Of a stretch of 45,264 nt of DNA, positions 37,366 to 45,248 are shown piece by piece. Made by a program: the position numbers and the translations under genes. The DNA is from Candidatus Shapirobacteria bacterium (lineage in GTDB: Bacteria; Patescibacteriota; Microgenomatia; UBA12405): assembly GCA_041660365.1 (NCBI GenBank), contig JBAZWK010000003.1, forward strand, positions 1 through 45,264. Reading direction: 5' to 3'. Position 1 is the first letter of the stretch. Each line of letters begins with the position of its first letter. The notes under the pieces were generated by a model. That model worked only from the letters and a program-made list of their open reading frames with translations. It had not been told where the DNA came from and did not search any database.

Positions 37366-37385
37366 AATATATAGTATATATTGAA

Positions 37386-38660
37386 ATGTTAAAAAATATC
37401 TACAAAAAATTAACACTCAGTAAAATACTAATTATTGCCTTATTTACAAGATTAATTTCCTGGCCTTGGATATATAACGGTGACGTCACCTGGACCTATT
37501 GGTGGGGAAAATTTGCCACCGAGTTTACTTGGCGCGGCTATTACGATTGGTTAAATTTTGGTGGTCACGGTCGTCCCGACCTACCCATGCTAAATATTTA
37601 CTACCTCTGGACAGTCCGGCAAATATATTTATTTTTTTATAATATATTTTGGTATCTAAATGTCCACATCCCTCTTTTTCCTTCAAAATTTATGCAATGG
37701 TATTTTATTGACGGTAACCAGTATCTTATAAAAATTCCTATGATTATTGCGGACATTTTAATCATCTATTTTTGTTACAAATTTACGAAATCTAAAATTA
37801 TTGCCCTGGTTCTAGCCTTCTACCCTCCCATGATTTACAACAGTGCTGTCTGGGGCAGTGGTGACAGTATCGTAAATCTATTTGCCTTACTTAGTATTTA
37901 CTATGCTTGGAAAGCCAAATATATTCCTACCGTATTATTTTATCTTTTTTCAGTTCTTTATAAACCTACACTTTTAATTTGGGCACCAATTTTCCTGGTA
38001 ATTTTGATAAAAAATAAAATAAATCTAAAAAGTCTTTTATTGTCCTTAATTTTTATATTGACATTCTTATATTTTATATGTCAGCCTTTTAATCCCATTG
38101 AAATTAACCCACTAGTCTGGTTCCTTCGAACTATGTTAGTTAAGATTCTACCCGGAGTTATGGATCAGGTAACTGCTAATGCGATGAATTTTTGGGGCCT
38201 CCTTTATGGCTTAAAACCCAAACTTGATTATTTTTTAATCTTAAATTTTATCAGCGCTAGAAATTTTTCCCTGGTCCTTTTTGGTGCTTTTTACCTTTAT
38301 CTTATAAAAAAACTCTTTAAAAATTATTCTCCAAAATATTTACTTTTAACCCTGGTTACCGTCTCCCTAACTGCATTTACCTTTATGACCAGGATGCACG
38401 AACGTTATTCGTATCCAGCCCTAATTCCACTACTTCTACTTTGTCATTACGATCATCGTTATATTAAATATTTTATTATTCTTTCTTTTACTCATCTCCT
38501 AAATGTTTATGCCTCCTGGGGTATTCCCACGATACCATTCTTGTATTCTCTAATAAATAGTGACCTCGTTGTCAGAGTTATTTGTCTAATAAATACCTTG
38601 GTAACTTTAAAACTGATTTTCTATAATCCTTCAAAAGGCAGTCAGCCTAAATTAGTGTAA
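37386..38660 (+). CDS. Polytopic GT-C-like membrane glycosyltransferase, family E
   Basis: 'NGDVTWTYWW', 'RPDLPMLNIYYLW', 'PPMIYNSAVWGSGDSI', 'LYKPTLL' and 'MHERYSYPA'. Confidence 0.6.
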   Translation: MLKNIYKKLTLSKILIIALFTRLISWPWIYNGDVTWTYWWGKFATEFTWRGYYDWLNFGGHGRPDLPMLNIYYLWTVRQIYLFFYNIFWYLNVHIPLFPSKFMQWYFIDGNQYLIKIPMIIADILIIYFCYKFTKSKIIALVLAFYPPMIYNSAVWGSGDSIVNLFALLSIYYAWKAKYIPTVLFYLFSVLYKPTLLIWAPIFLVILIKNKINLKSLLLSLIFILTFLYFICQPFNPIEINPLVWFLRTMLVKILPGVMDQVTANAMNFWGLLYGLKPKLDYFLILNFISARNFSLVLFGAFYLYLIKKLFKNYSPKYLLLTLVTVSLTAFTFMTRMHERYSYPALIPLLLLCHYDHRYIKYFIILSFTHLLNVYASWGIPTIPFLYSLINSDLVVRVICLINTLVTLKLIFYNPSKGSQPKLV

Positions 38661-38683
38661 AATGTAGTATCTAAGTCACTTTT

Positions 38684-39880
38684 ATGAAATTTAAACGAGT
38701 CTTTATTATCGCCCTAATCATCCGACTCTTATTAGCCCCTCTCTTTTACCATCCCGACATAAAATCCCAAAACTTTCACTTCCAATTTCTCTCACAAGGC
38801 CAGTTTAATATTTATCAATATATTTATGATAATAAAAACCACTTACCTTATCGTGATACCTTCAATTATTTGCCTTTAACCTATTTAACTTTTGGTTCTT
38901 TGCAAACATTTCAAAAAATTATACTACCACCTGACTTTACTCAATGGTTAAACGATTGGGGAGGCTCTCAATACAGTTATGCCAACTTACCCTATTTTCT
39001 CCTGATTCTTAAAATTCCTTATATATTTTTAGATTTGCTGATCGGGTATTTGTTATATAAAATTTCCGCTTCCAAAAAAGTTCTCTATTTTTGGTTATTC
39101 AATCCTTTCTCCTTTTACTTAATTTATATTGTTGAAAATTTCGATATCCTTCCGGTATTTTTAACCTTACTTTCCTACTATTTAATTAAATCAAAACCCT
39201 CTCTATCCTTCCTAATTTTTGGTTTTGCCATTGCTTTCAAATTTTATCCCTTAATCTTTTTGCCATTTTTCCTTCTCTATCAAAGTAAAAATCTCCTTAA
39301 AATGATCAAATATTCAATAATTGCTACAATTCCTACGATTTTGTCAGTTATTCCCTATGCCTCCAGTCCAGCCTTTTGGCAGTCTTTTTTTGGCTCCGGT
39401 TTAACGCAAAAAATTATTGAATTAAGGTTTTATCAGATCCCAGTTTTTCCGGTAATTTACCTTATTATTTTATTTTTCTGTTTCTTATCTAAAAAAATTG
39501 ACTTACCCTTTCAAATATTTTTATTATTCTTACTTTTTATCAGCACTGTCAACTTTCACCCCCAGTGGATACTTTGGTTTCTTCCTTTTGTTTTTCTCTT
39601 AAAAAACATTTTTCATCCCCGCTTCTTTTTTACCCTTCTTTTATTAACTATTTTAATTTTGTTATATGTGTTCCTTATTAATGATAACTATTTAACCTGG
39701 GGTCATTTAATTCCTATTGATCCGGAGTTTTTATTAATAAGTTCCCCCTACGAAGTCATCAAAAATCATTTCGGCATAAATCCTCAACTAATTCAAAACT
39801 ATGTAAAATTATCCATTGCTTTTGTTTCTTTTCTGTCTGCAATTATCTATGAAAAAAACTCTTCTCGTCATTTGTCTTAG
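38684..39880 (+). CDS. Polytopic GT-C-like membrane glycosyltransferase, family E/GT87 (DUF2029)-like
   Basis: 'YHPDIKS', 'FNYLPLTYL', 'LKIPYIFLDLLIGYLLY', 'FNPFSFY' and 'AFKFYPLIFLP'. The motif order matches 34202 and 37386. Confidence 0.55.
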   Translation: MKFKRVFIIALIIRLLLAPLFYHPDIKSQNFHFQFLSQGQFNIYQYIYDNKNHLPYRDTFNYLPLTYLTFGSLQTFQKIILPPDFTQWLNDWGGSQYSYANLPYFLLILKIPYIFLDLLIGYLLYKISASKKVLYFWLFNPFSFYLIYIVENFDILPVFLTLLSYYLIKSKPSLSFLIFGFAIAFKFYPLIFLPFFLLYQSKNLLKMIKYSIIATIPTILSVIPYASSPAFWQSFFGSGLTQKIIELRFYQIPVFPVIYLIILFFCFLSKKIDLPFQIFLLFLLFISTVNFHPQWILWFLPFVFLLKNIFHPRFFFTLLLLTILILLYVFLINDNYLTWGHLIPIDPEFLLISSPYEVIKNHFGINPQLIQNYVKLSIAFVSFLSAIIYEKNSSRHLS

Positions 39881-40427
39881 TATATTATTATTACTGTTTT
39901 TTTTAGTAATACTCCCGAGCTTTACTATTCGAAAACGTCAGGGAACTTCCCTTGGCAACGGTAATCTCCAAATGTCCTTTATCAAAAACAAACCTATTAA
40001 TTTTTCCTTTATTTCGGACAAATCTAATCTCCAAAGTCTTAGCATCGACATGAAAAATCCAGCTATCTTAAATAATTCCAAAATAAACTTTAAAATAAGT
40101 GGACCAAACTCTCAAAGAGAAATTGTCTTTTATGGTAATAATATTGGCGATCCTTCCTCTGTTCCGTTAAAATTTGACTCATTTTCTGATCCAGCTTCCA
40201 CCACCTATCAAGTTTCATTATCTACCGATAATGTTGACCCTCAATCTCTATATTTTATTACCAATCAAGATTATCAACCACTCTTCAATAGTTATTATCT
40301 TCAATCAGACCTCAAAACTAATCTCAAAACTAATTTTAACCGCCAATTAAATCTTTTCCATCAACGAAATCTAATACTTAATGTAATTTACATTACCTTA
40401 ATTGTTTATCTAATATTAGCTCTCTAG
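39849..40427 (+). CDS. Small protein with TM helices at both ends flanking a roughly 150-aa beta-rich domain (unknown function)
   Basis: ATG 39849 ('MKKTLLVICLSILLLLFFLVILP'). The C-terminal helix is 'LILNVIYITLIVYLILAL'. No family was recognised. Confidence 0.5.
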   Translation: MKKTLLVICLSILLLLFFLVILPSFTIRKRQGTSLGNGNLQMSFIKNKPINFSFISDKSNLQSLSIDMKNPAILNNSKINFKISGPNSQREIVFYGNNIGDPSSVPLKFDSFSDPASTTYQVSLSTDNVDPQSLYFITNQDYQPLFNSYYLQSDLKTNLKTNFNRQLNLFHQRNLILNVIYITLIVYLILAL

Positions 40428-40451
40428 TGGTATAAAATATGTAAGAATCAA

Positions 40452-42095
40452 ATGAAAATTAAAAACTTTATTCTAGTTCTTATTATCCTATTTGCTGGAT
40501 TTGTTCGACTCTACAAAATAACTACTCTTCCACCTTCTTTGTATTACGATGAAGTCGATGCCGGCTACCAGGCCATGATATTCAATCAAAATCAGACGGA
40601 TTATTACGGGAATAAATTTCCAATTCATTTTCACTCTTTTGGTGATTTTCGAACTTCCTTACAGATTTATTCTATTGCTCTGACTCAAAAATTAACCCAT
40701 AACTTAGATCTTTCTGTCCGTTTACCCTCGGCCGTATTCGGTATTTTATCTGTTATTGTCCTATTTTTAATAACTGAATCCTTAATTCCCAGTTTTCTTT
40801 TAGCCGTTTCTCCTTGGGCAATCCACTATAGTCGGATTGGTTTTGAAGTTTCCGGAATGCTTTTGTGTCTTCTCTTGGGTATTTATTTTTGGCAAAAATA
40901 TATCCGAAATAACAAAAAAAACATCTATTTATATCTCAGTGCTCTGTTTTATTGCCTTTCACCTTATTTTTATAGTACTGCCAAACTATTTATTGTTATT
41001 ATTGCCCTTTTAATGGCCATAATTTGGCGCCAGACCATTTTAAAGTTGGGTATCAAAAAACTAATTTTACCCCTTATTTTTGCCACTCTTCTTTTAGTTC
41101 CCATGGCCAAAGACACTATAAACGGTAAAGCCGGCTATCGTTTTTCCTACATTGGCATTCTAACCATACCACACCGGGAACAAGCTGTTGACACCCTGCG
41201 TTATCAAGACGCTTCAATTGATCATCCTAATGAAATTGGCATCCGCACCACTCTAATTTCCTCCCTTCTTCACAACAAATATCAACAAATTGCTGAGAAA
41301 TTTGTTTCTAATTACATCACTTCTTTTTCTTCAAATTTTCTGTTTTTAGAAGGGGATAACAATGCCCGACACGGTTTTGGTGGTCATGGCTTATTGTATT
41401 TAATTGATCTTATCTTTTTTAGCATTGGTTTATTTTCCTATTTTTCTAAAAACCCCAAAAACAAACTCTCTGCTTTGTTTTTTTGGCTTTTTCTATTTTC
41501 TCCAATTCCTTATGCCTTAACCCGTGATTCTATCGGTCCTCACGCCACTAGATTGATTTTAATGTTACCTTCAATAATCTATTTTTGCTATTTAGGCATC
41601 AAATACATTCTGTCAAAATATCCCAAATCAATTTACTTAATTGTCCTATTATATGGACTTTCTTTTCTAAATTTTTGGCATTACTATTATTATCATTACC
41701 CCCAAGAATCAGCTGCTGTTTGGAATACAGGCATGAAAGAGGCAGTTATCGATACTAATATTTACCCCAATGATGATTTAGTTTTTTCCGATTCCTACCT
41801 CTCATTTGTTTCCTTTTTTCTTTTTTATCATCCCTATACTTTTAATTCTCAAGATTCCTTGAGTAATCACTTAAGCCAAATCAGTAATTCCTCGTTTTCT
41901 GGCCAGGTAATTGACAATAAATATTTTTTTGGCCATGTAAATTGGACTAATCTTTCAAACTTTCCCCACGACACCGTTTATATTATTCCTGCTTCAGAAT
42001 ACAAAATAAACTCTTTCCCTGGTTATCAAATAATAAAACATATTGACAAAAAATATGAAACTCAGGAAGGGTTTTATATTATAAAAAATCAATGA
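40452..42095 (+). CDS. ArnT/PMT-like GT-C glycosyltransferase, family B
   Basis: 'TTLPPSLYYDEVDAGYQA' (DE motif), 'RLPSAVFGILSV' and 'FLEGDNNARHG', with a C-terminal soluble domain. Confidence 0.7.
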   Translation: MKIKNFILVLIILFAGFVRLYKITTLPPSLYYDEVDAGYQAMIFNQNQTDYYGNKFPIHFHSFGDFRTSLQIYSIALTQKLTHNLDLSVRLPSAVFGILSVIVLFLITESLIPSFLLAVSPWAIHYSRIGFEVSGMLLCLLLGIYFWQKYIRNNKKNIYLYLSALFYCLSPYFYSTAKLFIVIIALLMAIIWRQTILKLGIKKLILPLIFATLLLVPMAKDTINGKAGYRFSYIGILTIPHREQAVDTLRYQDASIDHPNEIGIRTTLISSLLHNKYQQIAEKFVSNYITSFSSNFLFLEGDNNARHGFGGHGLLYLIDLIFFSIGLFSYFSKNPKNKLSALFFWLFLFSPIPYALTRDSIGPHATRLILMLPSIIYFCYLGIKYILSKYPKSIYLIVLLYGLSFLNFWHYYYYHYPQESAAVWNTGMKEAVIDTNIYPNDDLVFSDSYLSFVSFFLFYHPYTFNSQDSLSNHLSQISNSSFSGQVIDNKYFFGHVNWTNLSNFPHDTVYIIPASEYKINSFPGYQIIKHIDKKYETQEGFYIIKNQ

Positions 42096-43696
42096 AAAAC
42101 AAAATTATCTATCTAATTTTATTTCTCATCAGTCTTCTCTCTGTTTGGCGGCTTTTTCAAGTCGGCTATCCTTCAATGCAAGATGATATGCAGATTTTTC
42201 GTTTAGAGCAATTTGATCAATGCCTCAAAGACGGCCAAATTCCCTGCCGTTATATTGCTGATGGGGGATTAGGCTATGGCTACCCACTCTATAACTTTTA
42301 CTCACCATTACCCTATTCTGTCGCGGAAATCTTTCACCTTCTCGGTTTTTCTTTCATTAACTCTATAAAAATTTCCCTTATTTTGCCTGCTTTTATTCGT
42401 ACCTTTGGCATGTATTTCCTAGCCACGGCTTTTTTTGGTTCCGGCGGCGGAATCTTAAGTACTGTCCTTTTCGCCTTTGCCCCTTATCAAGCACTTAACA
42501 CCTTTGTTAGAGGGGCTATTGCCGAAAATTGGGCGTTATCTCTACTGCCATTTATTTTTTGGTCTCTCTATAAACGCCACAATAAATTATCAATCACCTT
42601 TTTAATTGCCCTTTTTCTCAGCCATAATTTAACTATAATTTATGCCTTACCTCTATTATTAATTTTTTCCATATTTACCAAAAATTTCAAATATTCTCTT
42701 CGAAGTCTTTTTTGGTCATTTTGTATCACCAGTTTTTTTGTTTTGCCTGCCTTTTTTGAAAAGAATCTCACTACTGTCAATACCATGACTCAGGGGTATT
42801 TCAGTTATGTTATTCATTTCACCACTCTTAAAGAATTATTTGTTTCTAACTTTTGGGGTTACGCCGGCTCTATGTGGGGGCCCATAGACGGTCTTTCCTT
42901 TAACATTGGACTCTTTCAGTGGCTTATTCCTAGCATAATTTTTATCTATTACTTTATTCATAAAAATTTAAAAAACCGTCGCTTAATTATTGCCTTATAT
43001 TTAATTGCTGTTTTGGCACTATTTTTAACTCATTCCAAATCCACCTTTATTTGGCAGCTATTGCCCTTTATGGCCTATTTTCAATTTCCTTGGCGTTTTT
43101 TAGCCCCGGTAATTTTTTGTTTTAGTTTTATTGGCGGGGGACTAGTTCAAACAATTTCTGCCAAATATAAAAAATTAGTTCTAGTTGCGTTAAGTTTTAT
43201 GATTATTTTTATAAATTTACCCTATTTTCAGGAAGATATCTGGTATCCAAATCTCACCGATTCTCAAAAACTAACTCCTGCGGAAATTACTCGTCAAAGC
43301 GGCGCCGGCTTAATGGATTATTGGCCAAAATACGGCAAAAACTTTCCCACTACTTTTGCCCCTTCCGGACCTATTATTGTTTCCGGCCAAGTTAGCCTAG
43401 ATAACTTTTCTAAAAATAGTCGTCAAGTTAAATTGAATCTTTTGGTTATTACCCCTATGGCCACTCTTAACCTGCCTGTTGTTTATTTCCCTAATTGGGA
43501 ACTATTCGTTGATAATCAAAAAACAACTTATCAAATAGAGCCAAAGCTTGGGTTAATTCAAATCAGCTTAGCTCAGGGTCAACATCAAATCTTGCTGAAT
43601 TTTGTTAACACTCCTCTCCGAACTATCGCCAACAGCCTTAGCCTTTTAACCCTACTGAGCTTTATAATATTTATAATCCGTGAAAAACGTTCATAA
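42092..43696 (+). CDS. Large polytopic membrane protein, family C (paralog of 24002-25732)
   Basis: 'QDDMQIFRLEQFDQCLKDGQIPCRY..GLGYGYPLYNFYSPLPY', 'QFPWRFL' and 'FPNWELFVDNQKTTYQIEPKLG..GQHQILLNF'. The start overlaps the upstream stop in ATGA. Confidence 0.65.
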   Translation: MKNKIIYLILFLISLLSVWRLFQVGYPSMQDDMQIFRLEQFDQCLKDGQIPCRYIADGGLGYGYPLYNFYSPLPYSVAEIFHLLGFSFINSIKISLILPAFIRTFGMYFLATAFFGSGGGILSTVLFAFAPYQALNTFVRGAIAENWALSLLPFIFWSLYKRHNKLSITFLIALFLSHNLTIIYALPLLLIFSIFTKNFKYSLRSLFWSFCITSFFVLPAFFEKNLTTVNTMTQGYFSYVIHFTTLKELFVSNFWGYAGSMWGPIDGLSFNIGLFQWLIPSIIFIYYFIHKNLKNRRLIIALYLIAVLALFLTHSKSTFIWQLLPFMAYFQFPWRFLAPVIFCFSFIGGGLVQTISAKYKKLVLVALSFMIIFINLPYFQEDIWYPNLTDSQKLTPAEITRQSGAGLMDYWPKYGKNFPTTFAPSGPIIVSGQVSLDNFSKNSRQVKLNLLVITPMATLNLPVVYFPNWELFVDNQKTTYQIEPKLGLIQISLAQGQHQILLNFVNTPLRTIANSLSLLTLLSFIIFIIREKRS

Positions 43697-45248
43697 ATAC
43701 ATTTTTGTCATTATTATTGCTTTAGCCATTTTTTTTCGTTTTTGGCACCTCTCAAACCTACCTAGCGGTCTAAATTGGGACGAAATTTCCCACGGATACA
43801 ATGCCTATTCGCTTTTAAAAACTGGTCAAGATCAATGGAGCCAATCCTGGCCAATTTTTAATTTTCGGGCTTATGGCGACTATCCCACCACCGCCAATCT
43901 CTATTTCACCATGCCCTTCATTGCCCTTTTTGGACTCAATGCCTTTGCCATTCGTTTTCCGGCGGCTATTTTTGGCCTTCTCTTTGTCGTTTTTAATTAT
44001 TTTCTGGCTAAATTAATTTTTAAAAATGAAAAATTAGCCCTGTTTAATATGTTTTTAGCGGCGCTTTCCCCTTGGGCTTTGTTTCCCTCTCGGGGTGTTT
44101 TTCAGTCAAATCTAGCCCAATTTTTCTTTATTGCCGGTATCTTCTATTTTTATAAATCACTTTTAAAAAATAATTATGCCTATCTTTCGGCTTTATTTTT
44201 TGGTATTTCTTTATATTCCTATCACAATACACGCATTGCTGTGCCGCTATTAATTGGCTTTTTTGTCATTTATTATTGGCGCCAATTAAAAAATAAAACC
44301 CATTTATTTGCCTTAATTATTTTTCTTTTTTTTGCAATTCCTAATCTATTAAATTTATTTTCCCCAGAATCGCAGGCCAGAAATCGTTGGGTGGGCATTA
44401 TTAATCCCACCTCAATTAATTTAATTAACGAAAGCCGCCGTCTGTATACTGGCCCCGCTTTTCTTAACCGCTTCTTTAACAATAAGGTCACTTATTTTGG
44501 TAAACAAATTGCTATAAACTATGTTGACCTGTTTAATCCCTTACCTCTATTTTTTCAAGGTTCCCAAAACTATCAATTTAATCCGCCGTCTACCGGTCTA
44601 CTTTTTATTATTCTTTTGCCCCTCTTTTATCTAGGTCTCTTTCGTCTTCGGCAATTTTTTATTCCTTTTTTAATTGCCTTACTTCCGGCCGCATTAACTG
44701 TTGGTGATTTTCCCTCAATTCGGGCTACTATTGCCTTACCTTTTTATTTTTTGGCCATTAGTTATGGTATTTCTTATATCAAGAATATCAAACTATTTTA
44801 TTTAATTATTTTTATTTTTCTCATCGAATTTGGTTTGTATTGGCAAAAATATCTTCAATACAATGTCAACTATTCCCAAAATTGGCAGTATGCTTACCAA
44901 GAAATGGTTACTAAATTAAAAACTGATTATTCTCAGTACCAGCATATTTTTATCACTAAAAAATATGGTGAAGCTCACGAATTTGTTTTATTTTACTGGC
45001 CATGGGATCCTAAAAGTTACCAAAATGATCCTCAAAAAAAGTGGGATTTTCATGCCGATTGGTACTGGGTTAATGCTTTTGATAAATTCACCTTTGTCAA
45101 CGACTGGGAAATTGCTTCATTAAAATTATCCAAAAATTCGCTTTTGATTACTTCACCGCAAAATTATCCCCAAAATAATGCTAAATTAATTGACAGTGTG
45201 CCTTTTTTAAACGGGCAAACGGCCTTTGATTTTGTCAGCTATGACTAA
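43680..45248 (+). CDS. ArnT/PMT-like GT-C glycosyltransferase, family B
   Basis: GTG start at 43680. It has 'SNLPSGLNWDEISHGYNA' (DE motif) and 'RFPAAIFGLLFV', with a C-terminal soluble domain. It aligns by eye with 40452-42095. Confidence 0.7.
   Translation: MKNVHKYIFVIIIALAIFFRFWHLSNLPSGLNWDEISHGYNAYSLLKTGQDQWSQSWPIFNFRAYGDYPTTANLYFTMPFIALFGLNAFAIRFPAAIFGLLFVVFNYFLAKLIFKNEKLALFNMFLAALSPWALFPSRGVFQSNLAQFFFIAGIFYFYKSLLKNNYAYLSALFFGISLYSYHNTRIAVPLLIGFFVIYYWRQLKNKTHLFALIIFLFFAIPNLLNLFSPESQARNRWVGIINPTSINLINESRRLYTGPAFLNRFFNNKVTYFGKQIAINYVDLFNPLPLFFQGSQNYQFNPPSTGLLFIILLPLFYLGLFRLRQFFIPFLIALLPAALTVGDFPSIRATIALPFYFLAISYGISYIKNIKLFYLIIFIFLIEFGLYWQKYLQYNVNYSQNWQYAYQEMVTKLKTDYSQYQHIFITKKYGEAHEFVLFYWPWDPKSYQNDPQKKWDFHADWYWVNAFDKFTFVNDWEIASLKLSKNSLLITSPQNYPQNNAKLIDSVPFLNGQTAFDFVSYD

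Noticed and set aside
35496-37416. The minus-strand module as a mobile or invertible element.
   Set aside because: No inverted or direct repeats are visible at its borders (about 35480-35540 and 37360-37400), and there is no recombinase nearby. It is kept only as an architectural observation.
9094-39848. Longer N-terminal extensions offered by the ORF track: 9094, 14392, 17923, 21352, 28711, 30614, 31323, 37416(-) and 39816.
   Set aside because: The extensions mostly begin at TTG or overlap the neighbouring gene substantially. The internal ATGs are followed at once by a signal or TM helix or a GT motif, and several are preceded by a -10 box at the recurrent 6-8 nt distance. 17923 and 21352 remain possible alternatives.
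851-44491. About 25 short ORFs (60-115 aa) in the six-frame track lie inside or antisense to the long genes. Examples are 851-1060(-), 1413-1595(-), 1724-1988(-), 2202-2401, 3464-3770, 5519-5719, 7060-7248(-), 10552-10761(-), 12426-12934, 19037-19237, 21060-21407(-), 24771-24977, 26721-26930(-), 28360-28572(-), 30000-30594, 32976-33658(-) and 44273-44491(-).
   Set aside because: Each is fully nested in a longer ORF with recognisable family motifs. Their translations are low-complexity or Leu/Ile/Phe/Lys-rich, as expected for shadow frames in AT-rich DNA, and none has its own promoter-like context.
17154-45248. Whether any of the 13 polytopic proteins is a PglB/AglB/STT3-type oligosaccharyltransferase.
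   Set aside because: No WWDxG (or DK/MI) motif was found in any of them. 'DWW', 'FWW' and 'NWW' strings occur, but not in the right pattern or context. OTase assignment is therefore unsupported by sequence inspection alone.
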